Below, piece by piece: positions 52,076-64,000 of a stretch of 64,000 bases of DNA. Below the pieces are notes generated by a model that was given only the letters and a program-made list of their open reading frames with translations, had not been told where the DNA came from and did not search any database. Numbering within the stretch: position 1 is the stretch's first letter; each line of letters begins with the position of its first letter. The translations under genes were made by a program, and so were the position numbers. Origin of the DNA: Octopus bimaculoides (taxonomy: Eukaryota); NCBI RefSeq assembly GCF_001194135.2, contig NC_068985.1, positions 37,088,930-37,152,929 on the forward strand. The letters are read 5' to 3'.

Positions 52076-52654
52076 TATATATGTACATATGCGTATACAT
52101 GCATACACACAGTCACATACATACACACTCACACATATATGTCATATCATATCGCATCGTCATATCGTAGCCGTATATATGGCGAGAATATGTCTATAAT
52201 ACGTACATGCCTATATTAGTTGGTAAGTTGTATTACATTCTAAGGTCTCGACACATGTTTACTATTATCAATTGGCCGTATAAAAAAATACACGGTTTTC
52301 CGCCCCTAAAATCTGACTCTCTGCTTGTATATATGTATTTTGATACATATACTTTAGTCGTTTCCATACCACATCTCGGCGGGAAATAGTTTATCTCTTG
52401 CTATGTTTTACAATTATTGCTAATTTCGCTGTAATCCAAAATCACTTTTGGTTGGAAAAATAATATTTAAAAAGTAAATATGCTAAAATAAGTAACGAAA
52501 CAAATAACCCTCTCTTACTATGAAAGTATGACATTAAAGACGTATAATTGCTGACGACTAATTATGATTAGGCACCACACCAATTATTTCGTAAAAGAAT
52601 ATGTTTGCATGCGTGTGCGTTTGTAAATAATATAAACATTTCACTAGTTTAACG

Positions 52655-52708
52655 AGGACGAGTCATTGACAGTGGACTTGGTAGACGGAAACTAAAAGAA
52701 GCCTTTCC

Positions 52709-52715
<7 letters not shown>
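52655..52715 (+). mobile_element. SINE family A fragment
   Basis: GTGGACTTGGTAGACGGAAACTAAAAGAAGCC followed by (CA)n(TA)n. Confidence 0.65.
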
Positions 52716-52799
<84 letters not shown>

Positions 52800-53370
52800 A
52801 CTTAAAGATATTACAAGGTATATTACAATGGACAAGTGGACTCTCACCTTTTATCACTCATGTTTCTCCNNNNNNNNNNNNNNNNNNNNNNNNNNNNNNN
52901 NNNNNNNNNNNNNNNNNNNNNNNNNNNNNNNNNNNNNNNNNNNNNNNNNNNNNNNNNNNNNNNNNNNNNNNNNNNNNNNNNNNNNNNNNNNNNNNNNNNN
53001 NNNNNNNNNNNNNNNNNNNNNNNNNNNNNNNNNNNNNNNNNNNNNNNNNNNNNNNNNNNNNNNNNNNNNNNNNNNNNNNNNNNNNNNNNNNNNNNNNNNN
53101 NNNNNNNNNNNNNNNNNNNNNNNNNNNNNNNNNNNNNNNNNTATATATATACTTACAAGCCTACATATATATAATATATATGTGTGTGTGTGTGTGTGTG
53201 TGCGTGCGTGTAACCGATTGATTGCCTTCGTTATATTAGTGATATTCAATTCCTTTTCACCGATTCAAAATTACGGAAATGCAAATTATATGGACTTTAA
53301 ATCTTGGACTCCCAACATTAGTTAGTACTTATTGAATTGACCTCCCAAAGAAAAGAAAACTAGCATTTAC

Positions 53371-53807
53371 CTGAACAGGATTTGAATTGAGAATGTGGAA
53401 TGACGGAACTAACTTCTTTAATTCATTTAGTATCAAACTCTACGGTTTCTACGATGATAACAGACAGGTTGAAAGGAGATTGTATAAAAAGGCATCTTCG
53501 ATGTAAACGAAGGGAAATTGCTGGTCTCCAGTCAAGATTTATGTTTGTTCGGAGGTTACATCTAATCTTTAACCGAATCACATTTCTGTAGCGTTAAACA
53601 AACGGCAATCTATTTCCTCAGGGATACGACGCCTGTCTGTTGTAGAGAACTTTCAGTACAGCCAGAAAAATCTTATTAGTTATTCAGTACAACGATAAGT
53701 TATTGCAGTGTGATACAGAATACACAAGTGAATTCAATAGAAGTATTTTGGATACGAAATGTTGACCACTCATTTATTTGATAAGCGATCGATTCGGCAA
53801 TTTCCAA
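53371..53807 (-). pseudogene. Relic cadherin-like exon(s)
   Basis: Acceptor gttttacAG, donor AG|GTAAAT. Contains LEIAES, QQTGVVSLRK, RLKIRCN and QSPFNLSVIIVETVEFD, with stops and a frameshift. Confidence 0.45.
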
Positions 53808-54899
53808 CTGTAAAACGTTTTTCTGTTTATACCTAGGTGCAATTGTTGATCTGCATTAGAAACTATTATTTTCAATTTAGCAAGTCTTCATGAAAAACAG
53901 CGTATAGATCGTTAAAAAGCATTGAATAATGTTTGGGGTAACTTAGCTATGTTCGTTTGAATCGTTCTTACAATGTTACAGGTATTTATTCTCCATCAAA
54001 TCTGACGAAATTAAATGAAAACTTAACTTTGTGTACAATTTGAAATCAGTACATAGAGACGCAATAACGTACTGTGAAGCATTTAATGTAATGTTCTCTT
54101 ATTTCAATAATTCACAGCGGTTCTCGGATATTATATGACGTTTAACATATTTTCAGACCGTTTCGTGTAGCATACAGTTCGTGTATTTATTTCCATTAAT
54201 GACACTCTTAAATGTTTTCCATATTTGTGCAGGTATCAGAAGTGTTTTGATAGATTTACCTGGATGAATTCTTGCTCAAGAAATCTTAGAGGTGCCGTGT
54301 TAGGTGTAATAATAATGATGACAAAAAGTAGAAGAGGGTGGAGGAGATAACAGTACCTGCTGCTGATGATGATAATGATGAGGAGGAGGAGGGGGGAGGA
54401 CATTTGTTTTATTTGTCTCAAAAGCGAAAATAGATGATATTCAACATATAGGGTAAAGATTAAGGGATCGAAAACTATAGGAAATTAAGAAATGAAAAAT
54501 GTATAGAATTATAAACTAAAATATCTTTTAAGAAAATATGCCATGAAATTACAGCAGAAAATTAAGGGTAAAACAGTCCAGCTATTCTCAATTACTTTCC
54601 AGAAATTTTATTGGAGCACATCCTACTTCACACTCCTGACCTTAGTTTTCATAGTTCCGACCACAACACTATAACCATCAGAAAGAAGAAAACTATCAAC
54701 CGTTTCTTGTAAAAAGGTGGCGATGACATGCGTTTAATATAACTCCAAAATTCAGAAAAATTTAATACACTGAATGACAGAATGGTAATGGTTTCTCTGC
54801 TCTGCAGTGCCTCTAAAGTTTATCAAACGGCGTAGCAGATTAAAATCAACACATATCCGCAAGTAAGATTCTACACAGTGAAAGGGCTGATGATCTAAA

Positions 54900-55200
54900 G
54901 TCTTCATTGCTTAAATAGCATTCCAGACGACCAAACTTCATTCATGTTGGACCCAGGGATGTAGATCGGTCAAATACACTAGTTACAGAAAGAGTGTCTA
55001 ACAAACGCTATTCACAGCTGCTCACTGGAAGGTTTCGTCATGTTATGCTGCAACATCTGTGCTGTGAGTGCTGGCCTTTGATGGGGCTTGAAAACGCATC
55101 TAAGGAAAGCAAAACTGCACATGTTCCAAAATAGTCAAATGCACCGGGAGCAATGCAAAAACGTTAAGTGTTCTCAGATTATGAGAAATATACATGTGTC
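54900..55200 (+). mobile_element. Possible degraded RTE-like RT thumb
   Basis: CECWPL resembles YGSECWPL; weak. Confidence 0.2.
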
Positions 55201-55370
55201 TACCACTTCCAGAGAGTGCATTCAATCAGCCAATTCCTGGTTGGTATCGGCAACCCTTTTCATTTCAGTTGCGCTTAATGTTCCAGACTGAGCGAGAAGC
55301 GGATGATTTAACAAAGTTCATGGTCCAGTGTCAAATGTAGGTCAGAAGGGAAATGCTTCTAAGCACATAC

Positions 55371-55541
55371 CTGTTCTGGCTTATCCTGGTTAATGATCAA
55401 ATTAAAAGGGGATGGGGACTCAAAACCAGAAAGAAATGGGGAAAAAACTAAATTCGAACGCAACAACGAATATACCGAAATTCTTAATGACCAACAAGAT
55501 AGCGAAAATTGAAATAGAACAGCACATAGAAAGAATACACA
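55371..55541 (-). pseudogene. Open 171-nt phase 0-0 exon
   Basis: Acceptor ttctgtttttattttcAG, donor CAG|GTATGT, 57 open codons (..ESPSPFNLIINQD..). Phase-compatible with exon 55698-55960. Confidence 0.5.
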
Positions 55542-55697
55542 CTGAAAATAAAAACAGAACAAGTGATTGCACATAAAAAGATGATCTATCACAGATCAAT
55601 GAAAGCTTCAAAACAAAACCTCCCACGCGCAAAACATAACATAACTACATGAAACTTCTCTTTTCATTCTCCTAAACTCGATGAAATAGGCACATAC

Positions 55698-55960
55698 ATG
55701 TTCAGGAACTGTTAGAGCTGTCGGAGATGTTTTTCAGTATTTGTTCCGAATCTTTGTGTTTTGAATTTTTGGGTGTTTGACTTAATCCATGATCCCGTAT
55801 ACAACAACAACGGAGATATCAGCTGCCTCTTTAGCGAAGTCCACTCTGTTGATAAGTTTCACGATAGGTCTCTGGTTTGAGGATAACTACTTGCATTCAT
55901 CCAACGTCTCAGATGCACTGAAGAAAATAGAGATCATAGGCGCTGCCCTTCCTTCATTAA
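55698..55960 (-). pseudogene. Relic cadherin-like exon
   Basis: Acceptor tctgtttctttaccgttttAG, donor GTATGT. One frame with 3 stops gives NEGRAAPMISIFFSASETLD..IVKLINRVDFAKEAADISVVVV..TALTVPEH. Confidence 0.55.
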
Positions 55961-56345
55961 CTAAAACGGTAAAGAAACAGACATTCATGTACTTAAGAGA
56001 ATTACTATGTTAATTTATAATATTGGGTCTTGGTTGGAGTAGAAAAATTGAATTATTTTGAGAAAAGTCGATTAAAATCAATGTTACGAAAATTGGATTT
56101 CTGTCATCTTAGAGAAAACGAATAAAGCGGAGGTCATTGTTTGAAATCGTTGATTAGATTCAGCTGTTTTCAAACAGCTAAATATATATGTTTTTTAAAT
56201 GTGTTCAAAAAATTCTGTCACGTCTTTAGTTAATAGGAATATAACTTCAGAAATACTTTTGTTTCTTCTGCATATCACTTTGTTCTCTATTAACACTTGT
56301 TTAAAACAACTGACATCTTTCACTTGCAATTGCTTCTGTATATTT

Positions 56346-56550
56346 ATTTCTTTATTGCCCACAGGGGACTGAACATAGAAGGGACAAACAAGGACAGACA
56401 ACAGGATTAACTGGCACTTATTTAATCGACCCCGAAAGGATGAAAGGCAAAGTCGACCTCGGCGGAACTTGAACTCAAAACGTAGTGACAGACGAAACAC
56501 CGCTAAGCATTTCGCCCGGCGTGCTAACGATTCTACCAGCTCGCCGCCTT
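56346..56550 (-). mobile_element. SINE family B1 with target-site duplication
   Basis: Internal deletion. CTTCTGTATATTT occurs at 56333-56345 and 56555-56567. Confidence 0.85.
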
Positions 56551-56686
56551 GTTACTTCTGTATATTTTGACATAAAATTTCAAAACAAAATCTCTACAAG
56601 GCCTTTAATTACAGTCAAAAAGAAACCCTAGAACAGAATTACTTCATGTTATTTTAATATAGTTCAACCTTCGGTGGAAAATTAAC

Positions 56687-56910
56687 CGTATAATGATCTT
56701 TTCTGCACTCTTTCTTCACTGATACACTCATCACATTTAACTCATCATCTATCGTTGTTCCAGTCTTTCTCATACACTGGCGATAATCCCTTTTATTTAA
56801 AACATTCTAAACACGGAATTATCTATTCCTGCTACTATTTCTCTGTCTTCCTCCCTACGTATCAACCTTGGACTTTATTATTATCTTGACACTCAATATC
56901 AGAAAGCTGA
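56687..56910 (-). pseudogene. Relic cadherin-like exon
   Basis: Acceptor attcactgcAG. Reads IECQDNN and, after a frameshift, NSVFRMF*IKGIIASV*ERLE. Confidence 0.35.
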
Positions 56911-58419
56911 CTGCAGTGAATATTTGTAATTATGGTTTGTTATATGAGATCAAGATCAATAAATTTCAAAAGAAATTAGGTTATTATTTGTACACTTATC
57001 TTTCAGACATTTCATGACTTTTATAACATTTAACCTCCTTTGTTTATACGTGGTCTCTATCGCTCTGGTGCTTCGATAATCTTTTTAAACGTATTATCCG
57101 AGAATCAAACAGTATGAACATTTGTAATACATTAATTAGATGAGGTAAATATCAATAAAATTCAAACTAATTACTATATTACTTACACAGTTATGCTTCA
57201 GTCCTTTTCCCATTTTTGCGACATCATAATTTTTTTCCCTATCACTATTCTGCTTATTGGCAGAATCGTTAGAGCCTCAGAAAACTGCCTTGCGGCATTT
57301 CTTCCCGCTCTTTACAATCTAATTCCTCTAACATTGATAAAATTATCGCCAGTTATATACTGAGGTTGATTCGATCAACTATATTCTTTCCTTTACATAT
57401 CGGTGGCCTTATTCCATGTCTTTTATGAGTTCTCTGCTACATAAGATCGATGATACTTAAATTTTCGGTAACTCAAAACTCTATTTTACACAATGGCATT
57501 TAACTAACTTCCTCGTATATCGTTTCTAAAGGGGAAGACTAGCGATTTATTTTAATTAAAACGAAGCTAATTTTACGTAGAATTAATTTCTTATCAATAT
57601 TTTCTTATAAGAACCTATCCGGCGGTAATTTGTTTTAGAGATTTACATGCACTAGAGCACTCTATATTAATTTGTTTTTATGGAATTTACTAAAGAAAAT
57701 ATGGACATATGTGAAGAAATTGTATTTGATATTGGCGCCGTCGTTTTCTTATTTTAATCCCGACATATTTTTCTCTTTTTGGTTTGAGTATGTGTTTAAA
57801 ATATGTTTGGATTTAGCTTGTATATATTTTTAAGAAAAAAAAAATGTGACCTTTCTAAATATACCACCCCACTATATCGCCCATTGATATTTACTTCCTC
57901 CTTGCGACTCGTAATGACGTCCAGTTTAAAAACAGCTGCCTGAGCTCAAGTCTCTCGATTTTCAGTGAGAGAAGTTTGTTACGAGAAAAGAAAGGATTTC
58001 TAAATAACGAAATATTTTCAGGAATTTCGTAAAAATGTAATGATTAGTGCCAAAATTGAATGAAAAAGATACCTTGGATATTAAGCAAAAACAGAATCAC
58101 ATAAATCTGTCAAGCGAATGAAAGAAAACCACGGATAAAGATAAGCACGAAATTGAATCCAGTGGAGGGATCTGTTTCGTTTTGATTTGCGATATTAGTC
58201 CCTTCTCATAAAGGAGCTGTGCCATTCTATATTTTATGAATGATTAAAGAAAGCATTAATTAAGGCATTGCTTTATTATTGTTTGTGTGTGCCAATGAAA
58301 GTTATGTTCCATGTTATCATTGCAAGTATGGACAGATTAACGATCATTTTAGTGCCAGCTATAGCGTGATAATAACAAGAATAACAATAAAACAAAGGAA
58401 ATAGTGAAAACAATAAAAA

Positions 58420-58772
58420 AGATGACGACGACGACGATGATGATGGTGACTACGATGACGACGATGACGACAATGATGATGATGGCAACGATGGTAGCGA
58501 CGGTGGTAGTCATTATAGTTATGATGATAATGACGACGGTAGTAGTGATGATGGTGATGTTGGTGATGGTGATGATGATGATGGTGATGGTGATGATGGT
58601 GGTTGTGAGGATGGCGATGATGACAACGACAACGGCGGTGGTAGTGGCGGTGGAGGTAGTGGTAGTGGTGGCATTGTTGTTGGTGGTGGTGATGATGACG
58701 ATGACGATGATGACACAGGTAGTGATGATAATGATGATGACAACGACGACGACGACGACGGCGAGGATGATG

Positions 58773-58846
<74 letters not shown>

Positions 58847-58862
58847 GATGATGATGATGATA
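58420..58862. repeat. (GAT/GAC/GGT)n trinucleotide low-complexity tract
   Basis: Direct reading; it produces the poly-M, poly-I and poly-S ORFs in the track. Confidence 0.95.
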
Positions 58863-59556
58863 CTGTCACCCTTCCCCGAAGCTACAACGCCTGTCATTGC
58901 GGTACTTCTCACAGCTGCTCTTGCTGCTACTGTTGCCACTGCTGCTGCTGCTGCTGCAGATAACAAACACCAGTGTAGTGGTGGGCATTTTGGGTTTATC
59001 ACGCTGGTCACCGTCGCTCTCGTTGTAGTTGTTGCTATAGCCTCTGTTGTTGCTGCTTGCTATTTTGCTAGTCTTTGTCGCTTTATACCGAAATTAAAAA
59101 ATATAAAGAAAAACACACAAACAGAAAAGCAAACAAACAAAAAATAAACGAACAAATAACTTGGGTTATAATAATTCCAAGAATAAAACTATAAATTCTA
59201 ATAAATAAAGTGGATTTAATCTCCTTTAGAGCGTATTGTCAGGAAATGTTGCTAGTTTACAACTGAATGTAGGGAGATGATTAAAAAGTTTGGATTTTAT
59301 AAAAGCATTTAAATTAATCACAGAATCAACATGTACTGTAAAAAGCAACAATCTTAATTTTGAGGACAGAAAGCGAGACTTATTCTTCTATGGATGGTTA
59401 TAACTACGACTTAAGCTCTATGAACTGAAAATTACTACGGATGCCGGTAAAGGCAACTTTTTAATCTGCAAATTTATAAATATTTTATTTTACATGTGAA
59501 ACTTAAAATTCAGTACAAGAACCACCTCTCTCTCTCTCTCTCTTTCTCTTTCTCTT

Positions 59557-59597
<41 letters not shown>

Positions 59598-60000
59598 ATT
59601 TCCCTCTCTCTCCATTTCTTCCTATCTTTCTGTATACGCATGCACACAAGTGCGCATGCGCGCGCACACATACACACACTCGCAAGCACAGTCTCTCTCT
59701 CTCTCTCTCTCGCGCACACACACACATACACACACACACATACACACACACACTCACACACACACACATACTCATACGCAAGCACAGCCATGATCATAAG
59801 TCAGCATTCTATTAATCATTGATTGCAGGTTCGGANNNNNNNNNNNNNNNNNNNNNNNNNNNNNNNNNNNNNNNNNNNNNNNNNNNNNNNNNNNNNNNNN
59901 NNNNNNNNNNNNNNNNNNNNNNNNNNNNNNNNNNNNNNNNNNNNNNNNNNNNNNNNNNNNNNNNNNNNNNNNNNNNNNNNNNNNNNNNNNNNNNNNNNNN

Positions 60001-60162
60001 TGTTCTTGAGCAAAACACTTCATTTCACGTTGCTCCAATTCACCTAGTTGGCAAAAATGAACAACGCTGCGATGGACTGGCGTCCCGTCCAGGTGGGGGA
60101 AAACATACGCCATAGAAACCGGGAAACCGGGCCCATGAGCCTGGCTAGGCTTTAAAAAGGCG
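60001..60162 (+). mobile_element. SINE family D body
   Basis: TGTTCTTGAGCAAAACACTT..GCGATGGACTGGCGTCCCGTCCAG..; the head is in the gap. Confidence 0.7.
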
Positions 60163-60264
60163 TCAAAAAAAAAAAAAGAAAAAAACCATATCGTTCAGAT
60201 TTGCATGTCACTGTTTGGTGTTTGAGATCTAGTAGTTGGATATGTGTGTGTGTGTGTGTGTGTG

Positions 60265-60426
60265 TGCTTGTGTCTTTGTATCTATGTTTGTACACCCACT
60301 ATCGCTTGAGAACCGATGTTGGTGTGTTTGCGTCCCCGTAACTTAGCGGTTGATTTCTTCGACCAAAATGCCCTTTAAGGCGGTGTTCCAACATGGCCGC
60401 ACCCAAGTGACTGAAACAAGTTAAAA
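60265..60426 (+). mobile_element. SINE family A, 3' half with deletion
   Basis: ATCGCTTGAGAACCGATGTTGGTGTGTTT..GACTGAAACAAG. Confidence 0.8.
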
Positions 60427-60559
60427 CGTCATGCATAGTTCTTTCTTGCATTAATTCCACGTCGGAGTTCAAGGGTGGTACACGTAATCTTAATTTCCAA
60501 CATTTTAAAACCAAACCAAACTCACACCCAGACCCCCAACTCATTCATTTGGTACAATG

Positions 60560-60720
60560 GATCTATAAACCAGGCTGAGGTCCAATTAATCATTACCTAT
60601 TGCTGTCGACTGGGCTTTTATACATACTTGCCATGTCATCGAAGCAACCCGGCAGGAGACTGAGGATATAGTTACTAATGCATACTGACGGCACACTTCA
60701 ACAGAGCATTTAGGAAAACA
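60560..60720 (-). pseudogene. Possible relic exon
   Basis: Reads VCIKAQSTAIGND*LDLSLVYRSI, weakly cadherin-like. Confidence 0.2.
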
Positions 60721-61060
60721 TAGAAATAGCCAAGAGCAGTGAATAAATAAATGAAAACAAAAATAATTAGGATAATCAACGGATAAACAAAATATATTAA
60801 TCAACAAAATTACTAACATCAGCAGCAGCATCCACGATCGACTGCAAAAATAACGATAAAATCCTACAAAAATGGTCTATAGAGTAGCAAAGGAACTATG
60901 ATTACTAGCCAAATGGTTGTAGAGGCAGACTCGGTCAATACAAAAAAATGGAGCACAACCAAATGTGTTCTGCTCATTTGCCCATAAACAGAGGACCGCT
61001 ATTTCGCTAATTCATAGAAACAACATTCCCACAATGATGACCCCCACCCCTTATACGCAA

Positions 61061-61688
61061 AGGTGCAGGCGTGGCTGTGTGATAAGAAGCTTGCTTCCCA
61101 ACCTCATGGTTCCGAGTTCAGTCTCACAGCGTGAGATCTTGGGCAGTCTTTTCTATTATAGCCTCTGGCTTACCAAAGCCTTGTCAGTGGATTTGGTTGA
61201 TGGGAACTGAAAGAAGCCCATCGTATATATATATATATATATATNNNNNNNNNNNNNNNNNNNNNNNNNNNNNNNNNNNNNNNNNNNNNNNNNNNNNNNN
61301 NNNNNNNNNNNNNNNNNNNNNNNNNNNNNNNNNNNNNNNNNNNNNNNNNNNNNNNNNNNNNNNNNNNNNNNNNNNNNNNNNNNNNNNNNNNNNNNNNNNN
61401 NNNNNNNNNNNNNNNNNNNNNNNNNNNNNNNNNNNNNNNNNNNNNNNNNNNNNNGTATGCATACATTTTTGTGTCTGTGTTTGACCCACTCCCATCGCTT
61501 GATAACCAATGTTGGTGTGTTTACATCCCCGTAAGCTAACGGTTCGGCAAAAGAGTCCGACAGAATAAGTACTAGGCTTACAAAGAATAAGTCCTGGTCG
61601 ACTTGTTCGACTAAAACCCCTTATGGTGGTGCTCCAGTATGGCCGCAGTCAAATGACTGAAACAAGTAAAAAAAAATAAAAGAATAAA
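61061..61688 (+). mobile_element. SINE family A, full length, gap in its internal microsatellite
   Basis: The head and tail flank N-run 61245-61453. Confidence 0.85.
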
Positions 61689-61689
61689 T

Positions 61690-61830
61690 GATTCCACAAA
61701 AGAATACTGCGCTCTCCGGTATTTTCACTGAACCTGATTTCGGCAGTTTCAGTGAAGTAACACCCAACGCATCGTTGTGACAACATTCAGAACACCGAAC
61801 ATCATGGTGGCAATAAGTAAAATACAAACA
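61690..61830 (-). pseudogene. Relic cadherin-like exon cut off by a SINE
   Basis: Reads DVRCSEC..SLKLPKSGSVKIPESAV and ends at the SINE-A tail at about 61688. Confidence 0.4.
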
Positions 61831-62474
61831 TTACTCCGAAGTACGTCCCGATATATCTCTATTAGTGGACATGGCGAAACTAAGCTGTGACTTCTTTTAG
61901 GAGAATCAGAAGACGCCAAATATATCGTCTATCTCACAGTTTTTCACAAGAAAATAAATCGCTTGTAGTGGGTGAAAAATACCAATTCGATTTCTTTAAT
62001 CCATAAAGTATCTGATAGCGTGTTGAGTTCAAGAATTCTACCCTGCATTCTAAATTCTAACGTTATTCCATGAATCAGAAGCTACTTAAACAATTTCTTC
62101 ACCACTTGGATGACATTTTAAAGATTGTGAGAGAGGACTGTCATACAAATGTGATATATTTCCATTTATATGAAGGCCTTCGAAAATGTTCACTGCATTA
62201 TTTTGTGGTTAAAACTATTTAAATATTGCAGTGCGCACAGAACTGCGCTGTATTTATTAAGTATTTTCTTATGAACCGATTAAGCTCAGTAATTGAAAAT
62301 GAATCCCCTCAAGCCTGGCAAAGTCATTATTAGCTATCGCCCGAAATGATGTGTTGAACCCAGTTTTGTTTGTATACGCAAACCACGTCACACGTCATAA
62401 AACATAAATGTTTGCAGATGAACTAAGATTCAGGAAATTATAAACCGAGTGGGTTACCGAATTAAATTCCAATT

Positions 62475-62511
<37 letters not shown>

Positions 62512-62929
62512 NNNNNNNNNNNNNNNNNNNNNNNNNNNNNNNNNNNNNNNNNNNNNNNNNNNNNNNNNNNNNNNNNNNNNNNNNNNNNNNNNNNNNNNNN
62601 NNNNNNNNNNNNNNNNNNNNNNNNNNNNNNNNNNNNNNNNNNNNNNNNNNNNNNNNNNNNNNNNNNNNNNNNNNNNNNNNNNNNNNNNNNNNNNNNNNNN
62701 NNNNNNNNNNNNNNNNNNNNNNNNNNNNNNNNNNNNNNNNNNNNNNNNNNNNNNNNTATATATAATTCATAAGGTGAAGAAAAATACAATATAGTACAAA
62801 TCAAAGAATTTTTAAATGATTTTCTTCGGAAAAGTGATTGCGTTTAACTGGCCTTATTCTCTTGAACAGGGAGGACCTCTCAGTACATCTAACAACAACA
62901 AAGTCTCAGAAATAACTACCAACAAATAA

Positions 62930-63108
62930 CCTTAACTAGAGCGACGGTAACCTCCGATGAATATAGTTGACATGGCTCAGTGGACAAGCCTTTGACTCCT
63001 CACAGCTTTGCTGTCCAATGACCTCATGTCATAAATTTTCTGTTCTATTACATTGTACAATTGCGCAATTGCACAGTGCCAGTTTGAACTCGGTTGTCCG
63101 TTGGCAAA
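62930..63108 (-). pseudogene. Relic cadherin-like exon
   Basis: Reads KIYDMRSLDSKAVRSQRLVH*AM, resembling I...R.LD.E...Y.L.V.A. Confidence 0.4.
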
Positions 63109-63289
63109 CTTCCTATTCAATACATACAAATACACACATACAGAGGTATGCATGTATGCATGCATGTATGTATGTATGTATGTATGTATGTATGTATGTA
63201 TGTATATAATAATATAAATAATATATAAATATATGCATATATACATACATACATGTACATACCTGCATATATATGTATATATACATGCA

Positions 63290-63490
63290 TATATGGGTAC
63301 AGGACATAAAAAAATAAAACGTAGACACAATGAGAAACGAAAACATAAAAAAAAAGACATAGAAAACGAACTTATTTTTCGAACAACGAAATAAACAAAC
63401 AGAGAACCGATACATGCAGCATAAAGAACATTCTCTTCATCAGTTGTCCCTGTTTCATCTACTCCGCGTTTCGAAACTCTCAGAGAGCAA
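63290..63490 (-). repeat. Family H related fragment
   Basis: Shares GGGTACAGGAC and the TTCATCA..GCGTTTCGAA spacing with 30130-30290. Confidence 0.5.
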
Positions 63491-63815
63491 TAACGAATGA
63501 TAACCAAATTTCATAACAGCTTTGCATTGCTGGAATCATCCTGGAATACTCAAATACTTTCTCGCCAGCACAACCATAAATACTACAGCGTTTATACTCT
63601 GTGAAAAAACTGTGCCTTCGGAGATGCTCAAACAATGGTAGAACGAACTATCAAAACCATTTAAATCTGTGTTGCGTGGCTTAAAAATAAATCGAACATG
63701 CAAAATGTAACCACACTGCATCATAGTGTTTAGCCTCTAACTAGCCTTGCTCTATTTCATATCATAACGAGATAAATGAAGATCGAGACTGGAAACTTTT
63801 CTTCAACATATAAAT

Positions 63816-63975
63816 GGAGGCATGGCTGTGTGGTAAGATGTTTGCTTCCTTACCACATTGTTCCAGGTTCACTCACACTGCGTGACACCTTGAGCATGTG
63901 TCTTCATTTTTAGCCTCGGGTCGACAAAGATCTTGTGAGTAGATTTGGTAGATACAAACTAAAAGAAGCACCTCC
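63816..63975 (+). mobile_element. SINE family A, 5' half
   Basis: Runs from the head to AAAGAAG plus (TA)n at the window end. Confidence 0.8.
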
Positions 63976-64000
63976 AATATATATATATATATAATATATA

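Noticed and set aside
54002-54030. CTGACGA..GAAA as a hammerhead
   Set aside because: Stems II and III would need 1-nt loops and stem I does not pair.

Overview
AT-rich animal genomic DNA from a gapped scaffold (17 N-runs, many abutting (TA)n or other simple repeats). The tRNA-derived SINE families and dense (TA)n/(CA)n/(CATA)n/(CT)n microsatellites look like Octopus (inference from remembered repeat sequences, not a database hit). I see no intact protein-coding gene, rRNA, bona fide tRNA or CRISPR array. Most ORFs in the supplied track are microsatellite or N read-through. Main hidden signal: about 18 minus-strand, mostly exon-sized unique segments spread from about 0.2 to 63.1 kb. Many have good AG/GT splice signals and translate, through stops and frameshifts, into cadherin-repeat-like motifs (DFPEGK-type, F.I...TG.I...LD, V.V.D...P.F). 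This suggests the whole window lies within one or more decayed Fat/Dachsous-scale atypical cadherin genes; it needs a frameshift-aware profile search to confirm. Inserted in it are: a 5'-truncated RLE-type (R4/Dong-like) LINE sitting in (CATA)n with a duplicated 3' end, a full-length decayed mariner, a second mariner fragment, Penelope-like relics, a type I hammerhead ribozyme-like motif, a perfect 26-bp hairpin, a 926-bp element with 183-bp direct repeats, and at least five SINE or short interspersed repeat families, including nested composites. All translations, pairings and coordinates were read by eye.
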